From Candidatus Melainabacteria bacterium (lineage in GTDB: Bacteria; Cyanobacteriota; Vampirovibrionia; 2-02-FULL-35-15): a stretch of 64,000 bases of DNA. Position numbers and translations under genes: made by a program. The stretch covers positions 1 through 64,000 of the forward strand of contig JACPSL010000002.1 of the NCBI GenBank assembly GCA_016193285.1, given 5' to 3'. Numbering within the stretch: position 1 is the stretch's first letter; each line of letters starts with the position of its first letter. The notes under the pieces were generated by a model. The model had not been told where the DNA came from. It saw nothing but the letters and a program-made list of their open reading frames with translations, and did not search any database. Below, piece by piece: positions 38,628-48,278 of this stretch.

Positions 38628-40757
38628 TTGAATTTCTTTGAAGCAATAAAAAACCATTTAAGACTGGGCCTGTTAATTGTATTTATTGTACCTGCTATGG
38701 CTTGGATAATTGCACTGTCAATTACTCCAATCTTTGAGAGTAGAGCAAGGCTCCTAATAGAAGTAAAAGACTTAGGATTTGAAGGACAACAAGCTCAACC
38801 ATTTAGAACAATTGCAAGAGCAAGTGACCCTATACAAACTCAGATTGAAATTCTAAGATCAGCCACAATCTTAGATAAAGTTATCAGGCAATTTAATATG
38901 AGATATGAAAGTGGTAGTAGAAAAGGACAGTACTTAAGTTATTTAAACTTAAATGCTAATTTTGCTGTTTCTGCTGATAGAAATGTTGACGTAGTTGAAC
39001 TAAAGTTTAAACACTCTGATCCTAATTATGCAAAACACATCTTACAAGCTATTACTGACAGTTACATAGAAAAAACAATTGAATTAAAAGCAAGTGATAC
39101 TGCAAGTGCAATTAGATTTTTAAAAAAAGAAAGAAATAAAGCAGAAAGAGAAGCTCTTGAAGCTAGTAAACGTTTAAGAGAATTTGAACATAAAAGTAAA
39201 ACAATTAGTTTAGAAAGTAATCAAGAAATAGTAAAAAGCCTATATTCACTTAGAAGCATTAAACTTACAGCAGAAAGTGAACATGTTAAAGCAAAAACAG
39301 CCTCGGAACAAATTACTAAACAACTTATGTCCAGTCTAAGTGATTCACTTTTAAACATTACTGTTAGCGAAGATCCTTTTCTTACTGCACTTAGAAAAGA
39401 CTTGTATGAAAAGGAAACACAGTTAGTAAGATTACAAACCAAAGTAAAATCTGGTCATTATCAACTTGAAGAAATAAAACAACAAATTGAAGGAGATAAA
39501 AAACTTATAGAAGAAAGGGTTAAAGAGTTAGTTGGCAAGCAAGTAAATTTAAAATCCTTTTCATTTTCTAATGATCCGGTTCGTGCAGAATTAACTAGAA
39601 ACCTACTTCAAACCAAGACAGCTGAACTAGCTATTAAAGAACAACTAAAGGTAATTGATGAAGCACTTGATGAAGTACTAAAAAAACTTGAAAAATTACC
39701 AAATGAAAAATATATTTATACTCAGTTATTAAGACAAAATGACATTGCTGAAAAACGTCTTGAAGAAATTGAAAAGAAACTAATTGAATCAAGAATGAAG
39801 GGTGTGATTGCTTCTCATATTACTAATATAAGACTTATTGATCCTCCATCATTAGCAACTTCCCCAATACATCCTAATATTCCATTTGCTTTATTTTCAA
39901 GTTTTATTTTTGGACTTATTCTTGCACTTATTGTAGTTTACATTGTTGAATATTTTGATGATGTTATTAAAGGCGTTGACACTCTTCCAAGTGAAATGGG
40001 TTGCCCGTTCTTAGGCCAATTGCCTCAAGTCCATATTGGTGACTTACCAATTGTTTATCAAGAACCAAGATCAGAATACACAGAATCTATTCATGCACTT
40101 AGAACAAATCTTTCATTCTTATCTCTTTCAGGAAATAAAAAACTTTTACTTATTACAAGCCCAAGCGTACATGAAGGAAAGTCTACCGTGTCATTAAATT
40201 TAGCAATTACTTATGCACAAAGCGGGAAGAGAGTTTTATTAATTGATAGTGACATTAGGAATCCATCATTGTACAAGTACCTGGCAAGGCCAAAAGATAC
40301 AGTTGGTATAAGTAATACCTTAATTAATGAGATTGACTTTTATGATGTAGTACAAAAAAGTATTTTAGGAATAATTGGATTTGATTATTTACCAAGCGGT
40401 GAAATCCCACCAAATCCAATACAGCTCCTTGAATCAGATAGAATGAGAGAACTGCTTGAAACTGCACAACATATTTATGACCTAGTAATACTAGACACAC
40501 CACCTTTAGGATTATTTTCAGATGCACTACTACTAGCACGTTATGTAGATGTTGTTGGACTGGTGTCAAGATATAACAAGACTTCAAGAAAAGAATTAAT
40601 GGCAGCAATTGATTTACTAAAGAAATCAAATGTAACTGCAATCGGGGTTGTACTTAATTCAGTTCCATCCGGCGCAACTGGAACATACGGATACGGGTAT
40701 GGTTATTATGGCTATGGTGAAAGTGAAAGGTATGCAAAAGGTGAATCAGCAGCATAA
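38628..40757 (+). CDS. wzc: polysaccharide co-polymerase / BY-kinase (Wzc-like tyrosine autokinase)
   Basis: An N-terminal Wzz-like domain with two TM segments and a long coiled coil. The C-terminal P-loop has Walker A SPSVHEGKST, A' LLIDSD and B DLVILDTPP. The Tyr cluster is GTYGYGYGYYGYGESERY. It uses a TTG start with a GGGAG RBS. Confidence 0.85.
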   Translation: MNFFEAIKNHLRLGLLIVFIVPAMAWIIALSITPIFESRARLLIEVKDLGFEGQQAQPFRTIARASDPIQTQIEILRSATILDKVIRQFNMRYESGSRKGQYLSYLNLNANFAVSADRNVDVVELKFKHSDPNYAKHILQAITDSYIEKTIELKASDTASAIRFLKKERNKAEREALEASKRLREFEHKSKTISLESNQEIVKSLYSLRSIKLTAESEHVKAKTASEQITKQLMSSLSDSLLNITVSEDPFLTALRKDLYEKETQLVRLQTKVKSGHYQLEEIKQQIEGDKKLIEERVKELVGKQVNLKSFSFSNDPVRAELTRNLLQTKTAELAIKEQLKVIDEALDEVLKKLEKLPNEKYIYTQLLRQNDIAEKRLEEIEKKLIESRMKGVIASHITNIRLIDPPSLATSPIHPNIPFALFSSFIFGLILALIVVYIVEYFDDVIKGVDTLPSEMGCPFLGQLPQVHIGDLPIVYQEPRSEYTESIHALRTNLSFLSLSGNKKLLLITSPSVHEGKSTVSLNLAITYAQSGKRVLLIDSDIRNPSLYKYLARPKDTVGISNTLINEIDFYDVVQKSILGIIGFDYLPSGEIPPNPIQLLESDRMRELLETAQHIYDLVILDTPPLGLFSDALLLARYVDVVGLVSRYNKTSRKELMAAIDLLKKSNVTAIGVVLNSVPSGATGTYGYGYGYYGYGESERYAKGESAA

Positions 40758-40814
40758 GGGGAAAGAGACGGCGAGACGGCGAGACGGGGAACTGGGGAAA
40801 GGGGGAAAGAACAC
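40758..40814 (+). repeat. purine-rich tract with tandem GAGACGGC ×2.5 between wzc and the wza-like gene
   Basis: Seen directly (gggaaagagacggcgagacggcgagacggggaactggggaaagggggaaaga). It is unusual in AT-rich DNA. Confidence 0.4.
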
Positions 40815-42017
40815 ATGAAAAATAAAAGTAAACTAAAAATATTTCTAATGCTTATACTTATAATAGTATTATTACTTAACCAAATTGTCTTTGCAGAAGA
40901 AAATAAAGACATAAATAAAGTTAAACTTGAAGCAGTTCTTACTCCTATGTATGTAATTGGTCCTGGAGATGAGTTAACAATCATTGATAGAACGTTAAGA
41001 GAAGTATTTGGACAGGTTGAACAATATACTTTAAAGGTTTCAACAGATGGTTATATTTCTATACCATTACCAGATGGTAAACAAGAAAATCTTTTAGCTG
41101 CAGGTTATACACTTAATGAACTTTCAAAAGAAGTTAGAGAATTATTTGGAAGAACTTTGAAAAATCCACTTGTATTTGTTCAGATTAGTAGATATAGACC
41201 ACTAAACATATATATTGGAGGTGAGATTGTTAAACCAGGTGTTTACAAAATTGAACCTTCAGCAAGTACTGTAGGCGTATCAATAAGTGAAGCTATTCAA
41301 TTAGCTGGTGGCTTAAAACCAAGAGCTAATATAAAAGCTTTAATAATTACAAGAGGATCAAATGCAGAAAAGAAAAGTATTAACTTACATGCATACTTAT
41401 CAGGGGAAGATCCTACTCAGGATATTAATTTACAACCTGGAGACACAATATATGCAAACCCTGCTGAGAACCAAGCAGATCAAGCACAAAGCCATGTCAA
41501 ACTTCTTGGAAAACTTGCATATCAAGATGTACCAATTAGCATAACAGGAGAAGTAAAAACTTCAGGCAATTATAATCTAACCAACGATGCAAGCTTTTTT
41601 GATGCAATAGGCAAGGCAGGAGGTCTAACAAATGTTGGTTCCCTGAAAAAAGTAAAAGTTTCAAGATATGATGATGACGGTGTTTACAGAATATTTAAAG
41701 TAAACATAAATGATTTACTTCTTAAAGGAGCTACATTTGATCAAATTGCACTTAGACCAAACGATACTATTGAAATTGAAGCTTCAAAAGTGAAACAAAC
41801 TAAAAGTTTCTTTAGACAGGTTGGTGTTAATTTAATCCCAATTGTTGCTGGTGCTGCTAGTGCAAGCTTTGGACAATTTGTTGTTCAAGACAACTTATTT
41901 AATAGAAGTTCCAGGCTTCGTGGTTCAACAAAAGCTAGTGGTTCAGGTGGTAACTTTACTTCACCAATAACAATTATAGGCAATACCGAAAGAATTATTA
42001 ATGAAAACAGTAAATAA
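40815..42017 (+). CDS. polysaccharide export protein (Wza-like; Poly_export + SLBB domains)
   Basis: A signal peptide, then VIGPGDELTII (Poly_export motif) and repeated soluble-ligand-binding beta-grasp-like segments. It is next to wzc. Confidence 0.7.
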   Translation: MKNKSKLKIFLMLILIIVLLLNQIVFAEENKDINKVKLEAVLTPMYVIGPGDELTIIDRTLREVFGQVEQYTLKVSTDGYISIPLPDGKQENLLAAGYTLNELSKEVRELFGRTLKNPLVFVQISRYRPLNIYIGGEIVKPGVYKIEPSASTVGVSISEAIQLAGGLKPRANIKALIITRGSNAEKKSINLHAYLSGEDPTQDINLQPGDTIYANPAENQADQAQSHVKLLGKLAYQDVPISITGEVKTSGNYNLTNDASFFDAIGKAGGLTNVGSLKKVKVSRYDDDGVYRIFKVNINDLLLKGATFDQIALRPNDTIEIEASKVKQTKSFFRQVGVNLIPIVAGAASASFGQFVVQDNLFNRSSRLRGSTKASGSGGNFTSPITIIGNTERIINENSK

Positions 42018-42762
42018 AATTCTAGTTTTAATGCTTATAGCTTTTATTTGCTTTTATAGGATTCCTGTTTGTGCTCAAAATGTAAGTGAAATTAATTTAG
42101 ATATTTACAAAATAAATTTAGATTCCTTAGATAAATTTAATTTAATAAAAAAAGAAGAGATAATAGATCTTGTCTTATTAAATGATGTTTTTACAGAAGG
42201 AAAAAGATTTGCAATGTCATCAAATCTTCAGCTTACAACAAACAAACTTTACTTAAAAGATGGTCAAGAAATTCTTATTTCAGCAACATCTCCAGTAATT
42301 ACTAGTATCCATCCACCACATGCAAATAATAACTCTTCTGGAATAGCAAGAGCATTACTAGGACTATCAGTTGCAAGTACTCCATTAACATTTGGTACAA
42401 GCATAGGTATAAGCTTTTTAATCAGTGGACTACTTTCTGCATACCAGAATGGAATATCTGATTTTATCTGGGGAGGATTAAACGGGGGAGGATTTTCATT
42501 TGTAGAACATATATTTCGAAAACAACCGGACATATTTTTAACTAGTGGAACAAAAATCCCATTTGTTTTAAATGAAGATATAAAAATCAGTAAAGGAATA
42601 GAAAAAGAAAATATTGAATATATTGATATCGGTAAAGAAGAAGCTATTAAAAAAATCAATAAATTACTAGAATGGGGAGACTTAACGGGAGCTCTGGAAC
42701 TATCTGTAAAAACAGGCCAAACAGAAATATACAATGAAATCATAAAAAAGATATCATTATAG
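42001..42762 (+). CDS. hypothetical secreted protein (253 aa), translationally coupled to the wza-like gene
   Basis: A signal-like N-terminus and a 17-bp overlap with the upstream gene. Confidence 0.4.
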   Translation: MKTVNKILVLMLIAFICFYRIPVCAQNVSEINLDIYKINLDSLDKFNLIKKEEIIDLVLLNDVFTEGKRFAMSSNLQLTTNKLYLKDGQEILISATSPVITSIHPPHANNNSSGIARALLGLSVASTPLTFGTSIGISFLISGLLSAYQNGISDFIWGGLNGGGFSFVEHIFRKQPDIFLTSGTKIPFVLNEDIKISKGIEKENIEYIDIGKEEAIKKINKLLEWGDLTGALELSVKTGQTEIYNEIIKKISL

Positions 42763-42779
42763 ATTTAAAATATATCTTA

Positions 42780-45047
42780 ATGTCTACCACTAATAAAGCT
42801 TGGAAGTTATTAATTGATTTAATTTTTAATAACAAAAATAATATAGCTATAGAAGATACTAAAGATTTTTTAACACTTGTAAAAAAACATTCACTTGAAA
42901 ATTATACAAACTTTTTAAGAGGTATAAAACTTCGTGAGACTTTATTAAATAATCCTTGGGAATGGGATTTTTTAAAAGTACTTTCAAATGCTTTACAAGA
43001 AGACATTCAAGTTCTTTTATTAAAAGGTGCATGTTCAAGATTAATAGGAATTTACAAATACCCTGCTTTGCGTGAAAGCCAAGATCTGGATATTTTTATT
43101 TACAGTCCATGCAAAACATTTGATTTTAAACAATTTTTAGAAAGTTTAGCAAATCAAAAAATAATATCCTTAAGTAATGACTGGAAAGCACAGTTAAAAA
43201 GGCTTGGTAATGTACTTGCTCTTTACAATGATCATCAAATTGATATTCATTTTAAATTATTTTCTCCTTTAGGGACTGTATCTAAAACTACTAAACAAAA
43301 CAAGAAACTTGAAGGTGAAATTATTCAAAGAGCAAAAAGCCATGAAAAATTATCAAATATTAAAATAATGTCAAATGAAGATTTTTGGCTTTATAATATC
43401 TTTCAATTTATAAAAGATTTTCCTTTCTCAAAAATTCAACTAATTCTTGATTCTTATTTAATTATTAAAGGAAATAAAACAAGTCTTAAGTTACTAAGTG
43501 AACATGCCATAAAAACAAAACAAAGCTTTTTATTTAAAATTAGTTTATTTTTTCTGTATCAATGCTGCAATCATTCGAATAGTGACAATCTTAAAATAAA
43601 TCCTTTAGAAAAATATTGTTTTAATATCGAGAACATTATAAATGCAAGTAAATTTAGTGTAAAAAGCAGGTTACTAGATGCTCTTTCAAAAGGAATTTTT
43701 CTAGCAAATGGCAATATATTTTTTTCAATATTTAACTCATTACATTTTTTCATAGTAAACAATTTTTTATTAAGTACAATAGACGAAAATCCTTTTACAA
43801 TTAATTCGTTTCTAAACTTTTTTACTAAACTGTTTTATGTTTTAAGTAAAACCAAGAACTCAATAAAATCTTTTAAATCTTTTCAAGAAAATACAGAAAT
43901 CAAGATTTATTCAGAAGAAAAAAAATTAATTTCTGTCCAACTAGATAACCTTAAAATTACCTTTAATGTACCTGGTGAGTTCTATGACAAACTAAAATAT
44001 ATTTGGTCAGGTTTTATAAGTAATGATCATCTAGATAAAGTAATTAATATTGAGAAAGTAACTAATAATTCAAAGCCAGAAAATACTTATGAAGTAGCTT
44101 TTAACAACAATTATTTTTATATGAAACTATCAGATAATGTCCATGGAAAGACAGATTTAGAAGGATTAGGAAAACTTTTTGCAAACACTTTTTGGGATGT
44201 ACGTACTTTTGCTTTATGTTTTTTTAGAGCTTTAAGCTTTACAAAAAATAATTTGCTACTAGTACATTCCGGTGCTATAAGAATTAACAATGGAACATTT
44301 CTTTTTCCTGGAGGATCAAGTTGTGGCAAAACGACATTTTTTAATCTCTTAGTTAAAAATGGCGCCTGTGGTATTAATGATGATACAGTACTTTTAAAAG
44401 AAGAAAATGATACCTGGTATGTCTATCCAACACCATTTATGAGTAAAAACCAAGAACCAGTTATATCTAACAAGAGTAGACTTTCAGGAATAATAGATTT
44501 AATTAAAGTAGCTGGAGGATATGAAATTACTTCTTTAGACATAAATTACTTGTTAGCAATATTACTAAACAATTCAATTGCAGACTTTACTATAGATGAT
44601 GGAGGAATTATAAGGGCTAAAACTACAGAAAAAATAATAAACCTTTCTAAACAATTAACTCATTTAGCACAAATTAAGTTTTCATTAGAAGATGATAAAA
44701 GATTAATAAGCTTAATACGTGAGTGGATAAATAACCCAAATAAAAATATTAAATTTGGATCAAGCTTATTACCTCTTGTTCAGTTACGTGGAGATAGTAT
44801 GATGCCTTCATTTAAGAATGGTGACTTACTTCTTGTAGAAGAGGCTTACCCAAACAATATAAAAATAAATGATATGGTTTGCTTTACTAATGAATTTAAT
44901 TTTCCTCAAGTACACAGAACAAAATATTTAATAAGACATAAAAACAATATTGTTTTAATTACAAAAGGTGATAACAGGATCTTTTACGATAATCCAATTT
45001 CAGTTAAACATGATAAAAAAATACTTAAAGTAATCTCTAAACTGTAA
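42780..45047 (+). CDS. tri-domain protein: PF14907-like nucleotidyltransferase (N), HPr-kinase C-terminal-like P-loop domain (middle), S26/S24 signal-peptidase-like domain (C)
   Basis: N-terminus RESQDLDIFIYSPC…IDIHFKLF (R.s.DlDllv…lH). Middle HSGAIRINNGTFLFPGGSSCGKTTFFNLLVKNGACGINDDTVLL (HprK_C-like HG…G.SG.GKS…DD). C-terminus VQLRGDSMMPSFKNGDLLLVEE (SPase I-like GDSM.P…GD…V). Confidence 0.6.
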   Translation: MSTTNKAWKLLIDLIFNNKNNIAIEDTKDFLTLVKKHSLENYTNFLRGIKLRETLLNNPWEWDFLKVLSNALQEDIQVLLLKGACSRLIGIYKYPALRESQDLDIFIYSPCKTFDFKQFLESLANQKIISLSNDWKAQLKRLGNVLALYNDHQIDIHFKLFSPLGTVSKTTKQNKKLEGEIIQRAKSHEKLSNIKIMSNEDFWLYNIFQFIKDFPFSKIQLILDSYLIIKGNKTSLKLLSEHAIKTKQSFLFKISLFFLYQCCNHSNSDNLKINPLEKYCFNIENIINASKFSVKSRLLDALSKGIFLANGNIFFSIFNSLHFFIVNNFLLSTIDENPFTINSFLNFFTKLFYVLSKTKNSIKSFKSFQENTEIKIYSEEKKLISVQLDNLKITFNVPGEFYDKLKYIWSGFISNDHLDKVINIEKVTNNSKPENTYEVAFNNNYFYMKLSDNVHGKTDLEGLGKLFANTFWDVRTFALCFFRALSFTKNNLLLVHSGAIRINNGTFLFPGGSSCGKTTFFNLLVKNGACGINDDTVLLKEENDTWYVYPTPFMSKNQEPVISNKSRLSGIIDLIKVAGGYEITSLDINYLLAILLNNSIADFTIDDGGIIRAKTTEKIINLSKQLTHLAQIKFSLEDDKRLISLIREWINNPNKNIKFGSSLLPLVQLRGDSMMPSFKNGDLLLVEEAYPNNIKINDMVCFTNEFNFPQVHRTKYLIRHKNNIVLITKGDNRIFYDNPISVKHDKKILKVISKL

Positions 45048-45211
45048 AAAGTCTACTGTTTTCTAACTACCAGTACCAGCTCTATAAACATAAGAAGATT
45101 TTTCTTTTTCTAGATTCTCTGCAATATTTAATAATTTTTCTTGTTCTTTTGTAATAAAATAAAAATCTTTACTCTCCATTAATTTCTCCTTTTTTAACAT
45201 TATTATATACA

Positions 45212-46195
45212 ATGATCCATGTTATGAACATCTGTAATCTCACAGAAGATAGATTTGATGGCTATTTTAAGTTTTTGGATCGAGCTTATCCAAATAGGAA
45301 TTTAAAAGAACTATTTAAAAATGAAATATTAAAAAAAGCAAATGTAATAATTTCAGTAAATAAAAATAGTCAAATAGTTGGTCATCTTACTTGTTATCCT
45401 TGTGAATTTTATTTAAATAATGTAATCACTAGTGGTAATTTTTACTGTAATTTTCTAGTTCTTCAAGAACATAGAAATAAAGGCATTGGAAGCTCCTTAG
45501 TTAAAAAAGCTACTACAGAGCATAAACCTTGGTTTGCCTTTGGTGTAAATAATTTCTCTAAAAGTTTAGCTTATAAGATTGGCAAAATAATTGGTTCTTC
45601 ACAGAAATTTGTATGGTTTAGGAACTCTTATATTCCAATAAAAATTTTTACAAACCCACTAAGAAAGTATTCTATTATTAGTGACACAAAAGAACTTACT
45701 GACTCAATTTATACAGGCAGAAACTATTTTACAAATCTTAAATCAATAAATAACTGGCAAGATTATTTTTGGGGAAATAATACATTGCAATTTTCTAGAC
45801 CATATAAATTCTTAGAGAGAAAGATTTTTAGTAAAATTAATAAACATACTTTTTATTACTTTGAGAATTCCAGTCCACAAGTATATTTTACAGTTAAGAA
45901 GTCATACATAAGAGGATTAAATGTATTAGAAATTGTTGATTACAAAGTCCCAAATCATACTAGTGAACTCTTTATCGCAATAATTAATGCTGCTAAATAT
46001 TTAACTAAAAAACTAAAATTTGATGGTGTAATTTTTGAAAGTTCACATCAATACTTTGATAGAATACTAAGTTTTAACAATTTCATAAAAATTGGGAAAC
46101 CAAGGCTTATAATATCAAATATAGAAACTAATATTTCACAAGAAAAAATAAAGAATAGAGATTTTCTTTACATAACACCAATAGACAGCCCTTGA
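45212..46195 (+). CDS. GNAT-family acetyltransferase domain protein with a C-terminal extension
   Basis: The acetyl-CoA motif A-like is VLQEHRNKGIGSSLVKKA. Confidence 0.5.
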   Translation: MIHVMNICNLTEDRFDGYFKFLDRAYPNRNLKELFKNEILKKANVIISVNKNSQIVGHLTCYPCEFYLNNVITSGNFYCNFLVLQEHRNKGIGSSLVKKATTEHKPWFAFGVNNFSKSLAYKIGKIIGSSQKFVWFRNSYIPIKIFTNPLRKYSIISDTKELTDSIYTGRNYFTNLKSINNWQDYFWGNNTLQFSRPYKFLERKIFSKINKHTFYYFENSSPQVYFTVKKSYIRGLNVLEIVDYKVPNHTSELFIAIINAAKYLTKKLKFDGVIFESSHQYFDRILSFNNFIKIGKPRLIISNIETNISQEKIKNRDFLYITPIDSP

Positions 46196-46202
46196 TGAAA
46201 AA

Positions 46203-47138
46203 ATGGAAAAAAATTATTCTCATAAAATATCTATCATTATTCCTTATTACAATCCTATTCTTAAATATTTTGATAAAGCAATAGAAAGCATTTTATCTCA
46301 GTCATATACAAACTTAGAAGCAATAATTGTAAATGACGGGAGCAGTCTTGATTATAAGAATTATTTAATTAATAAAATTAATTCACTAAATGATAAAAGA
46401 TTTAGTATCATCCATCTTGATAAAAATTATGGGGTCTCATTTGCAAAAAATAAAGGGATTGAATCAGCAAGTGGAGAAATTATAACTTTTTTAGATACTG
46501 ATGACATTCATCTACCATGGTTTTATAAAGACATTGTTGATACTTTTAATGAAAACCCAGATTGTTTAATTTTGCATACTACTAATATTTATTATGTAGA
46601 TCTCCTTGGAGTGATTAAGTTGTTTGTTACTCCTAACGAAGGCTGGGATCAAAAATGTATAAATTACAAACAGGTAGTTAAGCCTCGCTTAGCTCTTAAA
46701 AAAGAGGTTTTTAAAGATATATTGTTTGATACAAATTTATTTTATGCAGAAGATACTGATTTATGTCTTCAAATATCTGAAAACAATAAGCTTCAAAACA
46801 GTACTTTACTACTTAAAAGAAGTAGCTACTTATATAGAATGCACCTTTCCAATAAAAGGCTTACACATAATCTAAAACTAGCTTTAGAAGGCAGAGAAAA
46901 AGTTAAAAGAAAATATGAAGGGAAAGATTCTACTAGTGGTAGTTTTGTTCAAACTATTACACTTAAAAAAACACTAGTTCCATTTTTTGGAATAGACTAT
47001 AGATATCTTAGAGTTTTAATTAATTTTAAGTATAATCTATACAAAAAAATTAGAAATGAGTTCACTCATTACTTAAATGTAATTCAAGATAAAAATATAA
47101 AATCACATGCTGTTAATATCTATAAAAAAATATTCTAA
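46203..47138 (+). CDS. family-2 glycosyltransferase
   Basis: ISIIIPYYNP … VNDGSSLDY … LDTDDIHLP (DxD) are the GT-A/GT2 hallmarks. Confidence 0.8.
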   Translation: MEKNYSHKISIIIPYYNPILKYFDKAIESILSQSYTNLEAIIVNDGSSLDYKNYLINKINSLNDKRFSIIHLDKNYGVSFAKNKGIESASGEIITFLDTDDIHLPWFYKDIVDTFNENPDCLILHTTNIYYVDLLGVIKLFVTPNEGWDQKCINYKQVVKPRLALKKEVFKDILFDTNLFYAEDTDLCLQISENNKLQNSTLLLKRSSYLYRMHLSNKRLTHNLKLALEGREKVKRKYEGKDSTSGSFVQTITLKKTLVPFFGIDYRYLRVLINFKYNLYKKIRNEFTHYLNVIQDKNIKSHAVNIYKKIF

Positions 47139-47150
47139 ACAAATAAGAGC

Positions 47151-48278
47151 ATGAATCAAAATCATTCACCTAAAATTAGCACTATAATTCCTTATTACAA
47201 TCCTCCTTTTCATTATTTTACAGAAGCAGTTGAAAGCGTTTTAGCCCAGTCGCATAAAAACTGGGAAGTAATTATTTTAAACGATGGGAGTAAAGTTGAA
47301 AATAAAAAGCTTTTAGAAAATTATATTGAAAGTCTTAATGACAGCAGGTTTAGCATTACTCATTTTGAAAAAAATTACGGGATATCATACACAAGAAACA
47401 AAGGCGTAGAAGCTGCTCAGGGAGATATAGTCCTATTCCTGGACGCTGATGATTTATTTTTACCATGGTATTTTGAAAAAGTTATAGAATCATTTAGCAG
47501 AAACAATAACTGTTTGATTGTAGCATTTAATAATTTAATACTCCTTTCAGCTAGCAGGTTGAAGAAAGTATATATAAAAGATACCTACTTAAAATTCTTA
47601 AATAAAAAAGAAATGTTTAACAAGCTTCCTTATTTAATTAAAAGTGGAGATGTATTTCTTCCTCCTAGAATCACATTTAAAAAGAAAGCATTTGAAATCT
47701 TAAGTTTTGATTCTATGTTTCACTCTTCTGATGATATTGATCTTAATTTTCAAATAATGTGTTCAGATGAGCTGCTTGATAAAACAATAGTAGCCCCTAT
47801 TCCAGGCTATGTATACAGATTTTACCTGTCAACAGACAGGCTTACACACAAAACAGTTTTATTAAACAAGGACATAAGAAATTTAAGAGTCAAATATAAA
47901 AAAAAGAATATACCAAGAATCTTAAAAATGATCAAGCATTTAGAGTCAAACCACAATGAATGGAGGTTTAATGATTTGTTAAATTGTTATTTTGCAACTG
48001 GCTCTTTAATAAAATGTTTTAAATATTCACTTCAGAACTTTCATACTCTAAAAGGAAAAATTAAGAGTTTACTAATTTTATTTCAAACAATTTTAATTGT
48101 AAGAGTATTAAACCCATTAACTGGAATTAGCCCACGATTACTTGAGCTTATATTTAAAAAGGAATTTTTGAATTACAATAAAATTCTTAAACAAGAATAT
48201 CTAAATTATTTAGAGAATATTTCACTAGCTACTACAGAAAGGTATTATGCAAACAGACTATTTAAAAGAATTTTCTAA
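47151..48278 (+). CDS. family-2 glycosyltransferase (paralog of the previous gene)
   Basis: STIIPYYNPP … LNDGSKVEN … LDADDLFLP. The first 120 aa closely match the preceding GT2. Confidence 0.8.
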   Translation: MNQNHSPKISTIIPYYNPPFHYFTEAVESVLAQSHKNWEVIILNDGSKVENKKLLENYIESLNDSRFSITHFEKNYGISYTRNKGVEAAQGDIVLFLDADDLFLPWYFEKVIESFSRNNNCLIVAFNNLILLSASRLKKVYIKDTYLKFLNKKEMFNKLPYLIKSGDVFLPPRITFKKKAFEILSFDSMFHSSDDIDLNFQIMCSDELLDKTIVAPIPGYVYRFYLSTDRLTHKTVLLNKDIRNLRVKYKKKNIPRILKMIKHLESNHNEWRFNDLLNCYFATGSLIKCFKYSLQNFHTLKGKIKSLLILFQTILIVRVLNPLTGISPRLLELIFKKEFLNYNKILKQEYLNYLENISLATTERYYANRLFKRIF

